From an uncultured Planctomycetaceae bacterium (GTDB lineage Bacteria > Planctomycetota > Planctomycetia > Planctomycetales > Planctomycetaceae), in assembly GCA_963813715.1 (NCBI GenBank), contig CAWFAK010000006.1, positions 50,082-114,081 on the forward strand: a stretch of 64,000 bases of DNA, read 5' to 3'. The translations under genes and the position numbers were made by a program. The notes under the pieces are model-generated. The model saw nothing but the letters and a program-made list of their open reading frames with translations. It ran no database searches and was not told the DNA's origin. Of this stretch, positions 1-9,607 are shown piece after piece (the stretch's first letter is position 1; each line of letters opens with the position of its first letter).

Positions 1-1094
1 GTAGGCGCCGCTGTGGTCGCGGGCGGCGAGCCAGTAGAGCGAGCCCGCCCCGGCCGAGCGGCGGAACATGGCCGGCGAGGCGACGATGGCCTGGGCGAAC
101 CAGCGGTCGCGGGCCTCGAGGTCGAGTCCGCTCCGCGTGCGAAAGTTGCCATTATCGGCGACGAGTCCCGCCCACTCCCACTTGCGGTCGTCCCACGCCC
201 GGCGGTCGGCGCGAGTGCCGTCGAAGGCCGACACGAGCAGTTGCTCGCGCCGGACTTGGCGGCGCGCTCCAGGATTTCTTTCATTCGCGCGTCGGGGGCG
301 AAGGGTTTGCCCTTCTCGATGCCAAGCGCCATCAACGGGCCGTACATCGCGCGGAATTCGCCGACGACCGGCTCCGCCTCGACGACGTCGTGCAGCTTCT
401 CCCAGAACTGGAGGTTGTCTTCCCAGCGGAGGCACGTGCCGTCCATCGGCTTCTGCGAGATGTCGGTGTACTTCACCAGCTGAGGATTGGCCGCGGTCGA
501 CAGGGGATAGATCTTGATCGAACGCAGAGCGGCCATCGCCCCGTCGACGTCCCCTTTCACCGGCAGCGAGCGAATGGCGACGAGCACCTTGTACGATCCC
601 GCGCGGCCCACGTGGTAACCGCTCGGCACTTCTCCCTTGTAGCCGGGCGGTAGCAGCAGGTGCTTCCCCCCTTTGCCCGCGTCGGGACCGGGCAAGCCCA
701 TGTCCATGATCCAGCGCTGGTGATGATCGTCCGCCAGCGCGATGAACGGCCCCGGCGGCAATTCGACCACGAGCGGCCGATCTTTGAGGTCGAACGTTCC
801 CGAGCCGTACGGCGTGTCGGAATTGGCCGTGAAGACGACGTGCCGCGGACCGGCCGACAGGATCATCATGTCTTCGTTGACCTTCTGACCCAGTTCCAGA
901 CCGCCGTTGAAGATGCCTTCGCACGAGAGGGTCGGGTACCAGAAGCGGTAGGCCGTGACGGCCCGCTGAAAATCCTCGGCATCGCGGGCCTTTTGCGAGG
1001 CCTCGGGCGTGGGAAAGCCACCACGCAATGTCGGCTCCTGGCCGGATGCGAATGCGGGCGCAAGAACCAGCGCGAGGAGGAATAGATTTCGCAT
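1..1094 (-). CDS. DUF1254/DUF1214 family secreted protein, truncated by the window start
   Basis: Not in the ORF track because there is no stop in the window. Manual translation from ATG 1094: MRNLFLLALVLAPAFASGQ...FTANSDTPYG...MGLPGPDAGKGGKHLLLPPGY...LGIEKGKPFAPD, which is a signal peptide plus DUF1254-type motifs and is paralogous to the next gene. Confidence 0.85.
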   Translation of the reverse strand, partial: MRNLFLLALVLAPAFASGQEPTLRGGFPTPEASQKARDAEDFQRAVTAYRFWYPTLSCEGIFNGGLELGQKVNEDMMILSAGPRHVVFTANSDTPYGSGTFDLKDRPLVVELPPGPFIALADDHHQRWIMDMGLPGPDAGKGGKHLLLPPGYKGEVPSGYHVGRAGSYKVLVAIRSLPVKGDVDGAMAALRSIKIYPLSTAANPQLVKYTDISQKPMDGTCLRWEDNLQFWEKLHDVVEAEPVVGEFRAMYGPLMALGIEKGKPFAPDARMKEILERAAKSGASNCSCRPSTALAPTAGRGTTASGSGRDSSPIMATFARGADSTSRPATAGSPRPSSPRRPCSAARPGRARSTGSPPATTAAP

Positions 1095-1130
1095 GTTGGT
1101 CTTCCGATCAAAAGCGATCAGGTCGCGGGG

Positions 1131-2574
1131 TTACTGAGCCCTCTCAACATCCGGCAGCTTCCACGTCTTCTGGTAGAGCGCCTTCGTCGGCGCGTACAGG
1201 CGGAACATCAGCTCGAACTTGCGGGCCGGATCGGTCGGCAGCCAATTGCTTTCCTTGCCGGTGGGGGCACTGGGACCGATGTAAATGTCGATTGATCCAT
1301 CGGCGTTCTTCTGCAGCTCAGGGATCTGCGACGATCGGCTGCGCGCGAGACGCCCTTAATGAGCGCGTGCGTCTGCCGGTCGTACGCGGTCAGCGACCAG
1401 TACTGTTTGACCGGCGCGTTCGGCGGCACCGAGAGCTGATAGGTTTTGCCGCCGTCGAACGCCTCCCCGTTCTTGTCCTTAATCGTGATCAGATAAAACT
1501 GCCCCGCGCCGAGCCGCTTGAGGCCGATGAAAGCATAACTGTACGCCACGCCACGCTCATCGACCGGATAGTGGTCGGGGTCGGTGTAGCCCTTCTGCGC
1601 TGCCTCGACGAGCGCGGGATACGTCGGGTACGTCCAGTGCCCGCCCGGCCAGAAGGAGGGGAAGCCGGCGTTGTACTTCATCTCCAGCCAGTCTCTGGCC
1701 TCCTTCATCGCGGCGTCTAAGATCTGCTCCGCCGCGGCGTCGGGACGGAACGGTTTGCCTTTCTCGATGCCCACCGACGTGAGCTGTTCGATCATCGCCT
1801 TGTCACGCTCCAGCCACGGCTCGCTCTGCACGATGCGGTCGAGATGTTTGAAAAAGCTGGCGTCGTAACGGATGGTCGAGTCGAAATCGACGTCCTTCAC
1901 ATCGGTGAACACGGTGGCCGGCGGATTGGCCGCCTGTGACAGCGGATAGACCTTCATCTGCTTGCCGTAAGCAATCGATTTCTGCACGTCGGCGTCGCCG
2001 TGGCTCTTGAGGTTCGATCGCAACAGCATGTATCCCGCGAACGTGTCGGACGACAGCGGGATGTAGCCGTCGGGCGTTCTCTCTTTGTATCCGGGCGGCA
2101 GCACGAGGAACTTGCCGCCCTTTCCCTTGTCGGCGCCGAGCAGCCCCGCATCCTCCAGCGGCATCTGCCACACGGTGACGACGTTAGCGTTGAACGATCC
2201 GTCGGCGTCGCCGGGCGGAAGATCGAGCACGACGGGGCCGTCCGCCGTGTTGTAGAACGTCATGAAATAGAGGGCATCGGGATTAGGGGTGAGCGTTTGA
2301 TTCTTCGCGTCGAGCGGCCGACCCCAATAAATCACCTGGCCAACCTGGCCGGGCGTCTTCGTCAGCATTTCCTGAAGCATCAGGTCATAGTTGACCGCGG
2401 GCATGCCCCAGATCACCGCCTCGACCGCTCGGCGATGGACGGTTCGCTCGGCGAGTTGGGCCGAGGTCAGCGATGGCTGCGTTGCCTTATCCTGAGCAAG
2501 GGCGGCGCAAGACAACCCCGCAAGTAAGAAGCCCGGCAGGATCAGAGCCGCGGCGCAGATCGTGCAGCGCGCAT
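1131..2574 (-). CDS. DUF1254/DUF1214 family secreted protein (frameshifts near 2570 and 1340)
   Basis: ORF 1208-2515 has LTPNPDALY, GADKGKGGKFLVLPPGY and VPPNAPVKQYWSLTAYD. The C-terminus continues in another frame (NADGSIDIYIGP...NWLPT...MFRLYAP...WKLPDVE) to TAA at 1131. Confidence 0.85.
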
Positions 2575-2641
2575 GATCTCAGGTTCCTTTCAGCTTGAAG
2601 GATCGGGTCGCCCGTCCGCGATCGATTGCGCGAAGCGCGAC

Positions 2642-4546
2642 CTACTCTTTTGGCCCCGGTTCGCCGGCGGGGTGACGGAGCATGGGAAAGACCTGGCGCA
2701 GCTTCTTGCCGGCTTTGATTTCCCGGAGTTTCTGTTCCATCAGGTTGGCCGGATTGAACGACGGCGGGAAGGAGCGCGGCGGAAATTCGTCGAATGTCGC
2801 CACGAACTTGAAGACGTCGTCCATCGCTCCGTAAACGGAACCGACGTGGTTGAGATTCCAATCCCAGAAGGTGTTGGACGTGATGTCGGCCCGCTCGAAC
2901 GGATCCTGCATCAGGTTGAAGACTTTCTGCAGCCGCAACGTCGTGAAAGGCTCGGCCCAGACCTGGAGCGTCCCCGGGGACCGCTGCTCCGAGAACACGT
3001 ACTTGTAGTCGCCGTCGCGAAAGCCCACCAAGAGGCCGTCGTCGTCGGCATAAAAGAACTTGTCGCGGGCGCTCTTCGCACCGTTGTTCTTGGCTGCGGT
3101 CCCGGTGACCGATTTCAAGAACGCCGACTGGTCGAAGCCGTCCAGGTGCACTTTGTAGTGCTTGCCGTTGGCGTCGTATCCCTGCTTGAGCTTGCCGATG
3201 ATCTCGGGCTCGCCGGCGATCGAGCAAAGCGTGGGGATCCAGTCGTTGTGGCTCATCAATTCGTTCGTGATCGTGCCTGCGTGAATTACGCCGGGCCAGC
3301 GGACGAGGCAGGGAACGCGGAAGGCCCCCTCCCAGTTGGTGTTCTTCTCGGAGCGGAAGTGGGTCATTGCGCCGTCGGGCCAGCTGTTCATGTGCGGGCC
3401 GTTGTCGCTGGTGTAGACGACGATCGTGTCGTTGGCGATGCCCATATCGTCGAGGGCCTTCAGCAGCGAGCCGACGGTGTCGTCGTGCTCGATCATGCCG
3501 TCGATGTATTCGCTGTCGCCGTGCTTGTAGCGACCGCGGTGCTCGGCGCGAACATGCGTGCGGAGGTGCATTCGCGTCGTGTTCATCCAGCAGAAGAACG
3601 GCTTGCCGGCTTCGTGTTGCCGTTTCATGTAGTCGATGGCCGCGCTCGAGGTTTCGTCGTCGATGGTCTCCATCCGCTTCTTGGTGAGCGCGCCGGTGTC
3701 CTCGATCGTCTGCTTGCCCATCTTGCCGAACCGCGGATCGACGGTTTCGTCGTCCTTGTCCGTGGCCTTGCACTTGAGCACGCCGCGCGGACCGAACTTC
3801 GCGAGATAGGCGGGATCCTTGGGATAGTCGGGAAGCTCGGGCTCCTCCTCGGCGTTGAGGTGGTAGAGATTGCCGAAGAACTCGTCGAAGCCGTTGACTG
3901 TGGGCAGGCTCTCGTTGCGATCGCCGACGTGATTTTTGCCGAACTGACCGGTCGAGTAGCCCAAGTTCTTGAGCAGGCCGCCGACCGACGGATCGAGCTG
4001 ACTCATTCCCATCGGCGCGCCGGGGAAGCCGACCTTGGTCAGCCCGGTGCGAATGCCGTGTTGCCCGGTGAGAAAGGCCGCTCGCCCAGCCGTGCACGAC
4101 TGCTCAGCATAATAGTGGAGAAATCGCAGCCCCTCTTTGGCGATGCGGTCGATGTTGGGCGTTTCGTAGCCCATGAGGCCGTCGCTGTAACAGCTGACAT
4201 TCGTGACGCCGATGTCGTCGCCAAAGATCACGAGGATGTTCGGCTTGCCTTTGCGTTGCGGAACCACTTGCTGGTCCTGCAAGGCGGCCAGCAGCGTGTC
4301 GCTCGAGCAGCACACCGCGTCGTCGATCGCAAGCCCGGTGCTCGCGGCTGGCGTCGCAGTCTGAGGCGAATTCGTCGGGGTCGGACGAACGAGCGGAGCC
4401 GGATTGTGAAGGTCGCGCGTGCTGACTGCTGCCTGTGGCGATGCGCCGGCTTGCTTGAGCCGCGGGCCGCCACCTTGTGCCAGCAGGTAGCCCAGCATTC
4501 CGCCGATCAGAAGCACGGCCGGAATCTGCAGTCGCGTGAGGCGCAT
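2642..4546 (-). CDS. Arylsulfatase (formylglycine-dependent, CTAGR motif)
   Basis: KPNILVIFGDDIG, YAEQSCTAGRAAFLTG, GKNHVG, SDNG and EGAFRVP motifs. Start taken at MRLTRLQIP. Confidence 0.93.
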   Translation of the reverse strand: MRLTRLQIPAVLLIGGMLGYLLAQGGGPRLKQAGASPQAAVSTRDLHNPAPLVRPTPTNSPQTATPAASTGLAIDDAVCCSSDTLLAALQDQQVVPQRKGKPNILVIFGDDIGVTNVSCYSDGLMGYETPNIDRIAKEGLRFLHYYAEQSCTAGRAAFLTGQHGIRTGLTKVGFPGAPMGMSQLDPSVGGLLKNLGYSTGQFGKNHVGDRNESLPTVNGFDEFFGNLYHLNAEEEPELPDYPKDPAYLAKFGPRGVLKCKATDKDDETVDPRFGKMGKQTIEDTGALTKKRMETIDDETSSAAIDYMKRQHEAGKPFFCWMNTTRMHLRTHVRAEHRGRYKHGDSEYIDGMIEHDDTVGSLLKALDDMGIANDTIVVYTSDNGPHMNSWPDGAMTHFRSEKNTNWEGAFRVPCLVRWPGVIHAGTITNELMSHNDWIPTLCSIAGEPEIIGKLKQGYDANGKHYKVHLDGFDQSAFLKSVTGTAAKNNGAKSARDKFFYADDDGLLVGFRDGDYKYVFSEQRSPGTLQVWAEPFTTLRLQKVFNLMQDPFERADITSNTFWDWNLNHVGSVYGAMDDVFKFVATFDEFPPRSFPPSFNPANLMEQKLREIKAGKKLRQVFPMLRHPAGEPGPKE

Positions 4547-4879
4547 CGTTGATTCTCCCGTCGAGAAGTTCGGGACGTCAAAGTTGTTCGGCACAGTCCG
4601 CGGGGTGGCGGCAACCGTCGACAAGCGACCGGCGCACTAGCCGACGACTCTCGCTCGGCTGGTCGCGATCGGGTGGCGACGAGCATTCATCGCACGGCTT
4701 CGGGCGGCCCGCGGACATCGCGGCAAAGATGGGAAGCGCGGCCCCAATGGTGGCACGCGAATGTCGAAATTGCAATGTCGCCGAGCGCACACCTTCTACA
4801 CGCCCAACGTTTCCTAGACGATACGTGCGACGCAAGCGCGCGGTCGGCCCGGCGCACATTCGATTGCCGAGGTGCGCGC

Positions 4880-5821
4880 TCAAGTTCCCTTCGTGCGCCA
4901 CTCATACGAGAAGGTATACGCGGCCGAGCGGGCGGCGGGGATGGGGTCGTCGGTCAGCTCGATTCCGTCGGTCACTTTCAGCGGATCGAAAATCAGTTGT
5001 CGTTCATCGGCCGCGCTCGTCGGCGAGACGGTTTCGATTTTCAGGCGGCCGAGTTCCACCTGACGGCGCTCGGCCGGCCAGATGACCGTCGCGTCGTCGG
5101 TGGGATCGCCAGCTTCGCCGATTTGCAGCATGAGGCGAAACGAGGCCGGGCCTTTCGCCACTCGGGCTTTCAGCTCGGCCTGCAGGAAGTTCGGATCGAG
5201 CTTGGAGGACTCATCGGGATTGAGGTACGACTCGCCGGCTTCGGGTACCCAGTGATAGCGGCCGAAGCGGCTCGTCCCGTCGGCCGCGATGAAGCGGAAC
5301 GCGTGAATTGCGTGGTAGAGCGCTTGGGTATAGCTGGCGGGGACCGGTTTCTGCATCAAGCGTCCCACAAACGCGCCGACGGCTGGATGGGTTTCGATGA
5401 AGCGGGGGACGGCCTGCGGATCGGGCTGGCCCGTGGCGGGATCGGGAAGATTCGTTTTGAGGAACGCGAGAAACTCCTCGGCCGTGCGGGCCAAGAACGC
5501 CTCGTTCGTGATCGCCAGGAGATCGGTCTTCTTGCCGTCGGGCAGCGCGAATTTGATGGCCAAAGCGCGGACGTCCGGCACGCCGTCGTGTTCGTGAGGT
5601 TTGCCGCTCCCGTTGGAGAAGCGGATTGTGGCGGGAATCGACGACCCCTGCAGGTGCGCGGCTTTGCTGATGCTGCGGGCCTCCGGTCCGGCGACGAAGG
5701 TCCCCGTGCAGACGATCCCTTTCGCGTGTGCCGTGCGAAAACCCGGATTCTTGCCGGCAATCGCCTGCTGCACGTCGACAATCTGTTTGGCAACGCTCTT
5801 GACCGAGGCGGGAATTTCCAT
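4880..5821 (-). CDS. Catalase-related peroxidase (SrpA-like)
   Basis: PGFRTAHAKG (distal His), IRFSNGSG and RSAAYTFSY (proximal Tyr); short catalase fold of about 313 aa. Confidence 0.9.
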   Translation of the reverse strand: MEIPASVKSVAKQIVDVQQAIAGKNPGFRTAHAKGIVCTGTFVAGPEARSISKAAHLQGSSIPATIRFSNGSGKPHEHDGVPDVRALAIKFALPDGKKTDLLAITNEAFLARTAEEFLAFLKTNLPDPATGQPDPQAVPRFIETHPAVGAFVGRLMQKPVPASYTQALYHAIHAFRFIAADGTSRFGRYHWVPEAGESYLNPDESSKLDPNFLQAELKARVAKGPASFRLMLQIGEAGDPTDDATVIWPAERRQVELGRLKIETVSPTSAADERQLIFDPLKVTDGIELTDDPIPAARSAAYTFSYEWRTKGT

Positions 5822-6292
5822 GATGGCTCCTTTGACACGTTGCGCCGTTGAATGCGTTGAATCGCGAAACTGGCTGCATCGTACGCCGGCAGGCTCCGCG
5901 AGGGTAGAAGCGTGGGCGCCTGTGCAGCGCGCGTTACGGCTGGTTGTCGATAGCGTACGGGAAGTCAACGCGCGCTCGGGACGCGACGTCGGTCGCACAA
6001 CGCGTCGAGAGTTTCAGAAACTCGTCGAATCTGGCACCGCGCCGGTTGAGGAATCCGTCGCGACGGTTCGCGCCCGAAGCGTTCATCGAGCAGCCAACCC
6101 GTTTGACCTTTATAAATTAAACGAATTGCACGCGCCGTCCGATGCTAAGACGGTGGCTCGCAGGATAACCCGCAATCTTAGGCCAGATTGACATCAGATT
6201 GCCCAAACAGGGGGGAATGCGGCATCGAATCGATTGGGGTTACTAACACATGTACTGCTCCGAGTTAAGCAACGGCAGGGCATGGAACGCAA

Positions 6293-8051
6293 ATGAATCG
6301 CTCGCGACCACAGCCTACTGCCGACATTCGGAGGCAGCTCCGCGCCGTTGCGGCCGTTGCCGTCCCGGGCCTCTTGATCGTCGGCTTTGTCACGATCGGT
6401 GCCTCTGCACAATCGCCGACACCCGGTATTAACATTGGCGACAAGCCTTCCTCGGTCGTTGCGAGTTTCGCCCCATTCGCAGGGCCCAGTTCTAACGGAA
6501 CACCGCTCGCAGCGCAAGAACCGTCCACGAACGTTCAGACACAGATGCCTACTGCCTGCCCGAATTGCCGCGGCGTCCTTGAGGGTCCAGTTCTCTCGAT
6601 CGACGAGCGGGCGGCGCCGCTTGCCCGGCGCCGAGCCAGACGCAACGGACAGACCACTACCGATCAACCTGGCGACGACCCTGCGCCTGGCCGGGGCCCG
6701 GCCGGTAATCATCGAGGCGGCTCAGGCGAGTGTGGGAGTTGCGGAGGCCGCGCTGTCCAAGGCCAATGTCTTGTGGTTACCCTCGCTCAACTTTGGGGCA
6801 GGTTACTACCGGCATGACGGCGCGACCCAGGGCCAGTCCGGAACCTTCTACGACAACTCCAAAGACCAATTTTTCGCCGGCGCAGGCCTGACCGCCAGGG
6901 TGTCGATGGCAGACGCCCTGTACACGCCTCTCGCAGCACGGCAGTTGCTCCGGTCGCGAGAGATCGACACTCAAACCGCGCAGAACGATTCCTTGCTGGC
7001 GGCGGCCCTGGCGTATTTCGATGTTCAGCAGGCACGGGGCCGCGTGGCCGGGATCCGTGACGTGGTGAACAAAAGCCTGGCGCTGGGAAAGGCCATCGAT
7101 GCGGAGGCCTTGGGAATCTCCAAGCCAACGGACTTGCACCGGGGGAGGGCTCTACTCGCCACATTCGAGGATGATGCCAGCACTGCCAAGGAGCAATGGG
7201 GGCTCGCCAGCGCCGCTCTGACTCGAGTGCTGCGGTTGGATCCGGTTGCCATCGTCGTCCCGCTCGAATCGCCCAACCTCCGCGTGACTCTGATCTCGCC
7301 GCACATCGCGGTGGATGCCCTGATCCCCATCGGATTGACCGGCCGGCCTGAACTTGCCTCGCAGCAGGCACTCGTGCAAGCGGCGCTCGTCAAGATCAGG
7401 CAGGAGAGCATGCGGCCGCTGGTCCCCAGCGTGATTCTGGAGGGAAGCCCCGGTCCCGCTGGACCAGGAAGCTACCTGATGGGCGGCATCTTTAGTTCCA
7501 CCCTCAACGGCGTGCCGAATCCTTCGGTGGATCGCGCGGATGTCAGCGTCGGGCTCGTGTGGGAGCTGCAAAACCTTGGGTTCGGCAATCGTGCCCTGGT
7601 TCGTGAACGACGCTCAGAGCAGGAGCAGCTCCTGGTCGAATTGTCCCACATCCAGGACACGGTCGCCGCTGAGATCGCCGCGGCCCATGTCCAGGTTCTC
7701 TCGGCGAATGCTCGCGTAGCCTCGGCTGAGAGAGGCCTCCGTGAAGCCACACTGGCCTACGAGGGCAGTCTCGAGGAAATGGGCAAAATCGAAAAAAATG
7801 GCGACGTCACAGTGATCGTCCGCCGGGCTTTTGACGTGATTGATGCGCTCAGGTCGTTGTCCAGGGCGTACGACAATTACTTTGCAAGCATCAACGACTA
7901 CAACCGGGGGCAATTCAGGCTGTATCGCTCCCTGGGTTGTCCTGCTGAGATCCTGTCTTGCGAACGCTCGCCGGGACCAATCGTACCTGTGGATACGACC
8001 CGTCCGTCCCAGATGGCTCCCGTCTGCGCCCCGGACCCTTGTCCGCACTAG
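6293..8051 (+). CDS. TolC-like outer membrane efflux family protein (frameshift near 6620)
   Basis: The signal-peptide N-terminus in ORF 6293 joins ORF 6387-8051: PINLATTLRLAGAR, WLPSLNFG, AYFDVQQARG and YNRGQFRLYRSLG repeats typical of OEP proteins. Confidence 0.75.
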
Positions 8052-8642
8052 TGCAACGAAATTCCCAATCCCACAGCGATTCGACCGTCCCTCGCGCCTC
8101 AACTTAGTGGCTCGGTCGACCCCCAACTGGGTGCGCGCTTCACGTGACCGACATCGAGCCCAATCGCGATTCGAACGGCTCAAATGAGGCAAACAGCCCC
8201 GGTTAGCCCGCTGGGGACGACTGCTAGGCGAACCTGTTAAGCGGCGCGGAGTGGAGCGGTTTGGCGCAGTCATTTGCGCGAATGTCTCGCGTTGGGTCGC
8301 GGGAATCTTGAATCGGCGCCGCGCGAGGAGTAAGCTCGAACCCGCATTTCTGTTTTTTAAGCTAAAGCTCCCAATCAGAGCGCGGGCTGGTCCGGTGAAC
8401 GACTCCCGGACGTCGACCTCGGACGGATGATTTATCCCTCGATCCGCGTGACTTCTCTCCGCGGGGACTAACTCTCACGGCCTTGTTTCGGCGCGGACTC
8501 GCGTCGCGACCGGCTGATTGCTCGAGTCACACGACCGACAATCGCGCTTAACACGCTCGGGCTCCCGGCACGCAGCGCTGACCGCAGTGACCACGTGCGC
8601 GCGGGTCGATCTCGCATTCTTATTCTCCACAAGGAATCCGCC

Positions 8643-9584
8643 ATGCGAACCCGTCTCCCACTTCTCAGCCTTGCCGGGCTGTTCGGACTGTGCCTGGCCG
8701 GCTCGGCCTTCGCTCAAAACGCCAAGACTCCAGCCGACGACGAAGCCACGATCCGCAAGGGCGTCGAGGATTACGCCGCCGCCTACAACAAGGGGAACTT
8801 TGACGCCGCAGGCAAGCATTGGTCCGCCGACGCCGAGTACATCAACGACGAAGGCAAAGCGACCAAGGGGCGCGACGCCATCGTCGGCCTGTTCAAGAAA
8901 GGTCGCGTGGCGACGAAGGGTTACACCCTCAAGGTCGACGTGCAGTCGGTCCGGATGCTCAAGCCCGACGTGGCGCTCGAGGACGGCACCGTCACGCTGA
9001 CGGCCCCGGACGGCACCGCCGACAAAACGCGTTTTTCGGCCGTGCTGGTGAAAGCCGACGGCACGTGGCAAATGAACCGCGTGCAAGACGTCGGCTCCGT
9101 CGCCGAGTCGGAAGAAACGACGCCCTACGCTCGGCTCAAACAGCTCGAGTGGCTGGTCGGAAAATGGGCGGACGAAGACAAGCAGGGCAGCATCCACATG
9201 ACCTGCCGCTGGGGCATGGGCAAGACCTATTTGATTCAGGAATACACGATCAAGCGGCCCAATCAGGATCCGGTCGAGATCGAGCAACGCGTCGCCTGGG
9301 ATCCGATCAACGGCCACTTGCGAAGTTGGATCTTCGATTCGAAGGGGGGCTTCAGCGAGGGGACCTGGCAGCGCACGGGCAATCAATGGGACGTCGCCGT
9401 TTCGGGCGTGCTGCCTGACGCCCGCATGGCGACCGCGCGGCAGATCTGGACGTTCGTCGACGACGACCATTTCAAATGGCAGGCCGTCGATCGCTCCATC
9501 GACAGCAAGCCGCTCGCCGATTCCCTTACCACGTTTCGTCGGGCCGCTCCGGAAACGGCGGCGAACGAGACCGGCAGTCATTGA
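8643..9584 (+). CDS. Secreted NTF2-like (SgcJ/EcaC, DUF4440-type) two-domain protein
   Basis: Signal peptide, DEATIRK...YAAAYNKG...GRDAI, then LKQLEWLVGKW...WDP...RSWIFDSKGG. SD AAGGA upstream. Confidence 0.8.
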   Translation: MRTRLPLLSLAGLFGLCLAGSAFAQNAKTPADDEATIRKGVEDYAAAYNKGNFDAAGKHWSADAEYINDEGKATKGRDAIVGLFKKGRVATKGYTLKVDVQSVRMLKPDVALEDGTVTLTAPDGTADKTRFSAVLVKADGTWQMNRVQDVGSVAESEETTPYARLKQLEWLVGKWADEDKQGSIHMTCRWGMGKTYLIQEYTIKRPNQDPVEIEQRVAWDPINGHLRSWIFDSKGGFSEGTWQRTGNQWDVAVSGVLPDARMATARQIWTFVDDDHFKWQAVDRSIDSKPLADSLTTFRRAAPETAANETGSH

Positions 9585-9607
9585 GCGCACAACCCAGGAG
9601 CAGTCCC

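Noticed and set aside
2573..4552. Long antisense ORFs (for example 2573-4552 +, 40753-42792 -, 47228-49348 +, 21096-22697 -)
   Set aside because: Shadow ORFs opposite real high-GC genes, with no recognisable motifs.
8060..8640. Long intergenic region as a riboswitch or ncRNA
   Set aside because: I could not recognise any conserved riboswitch motif. An Rfam/Infernal scan would be needed.
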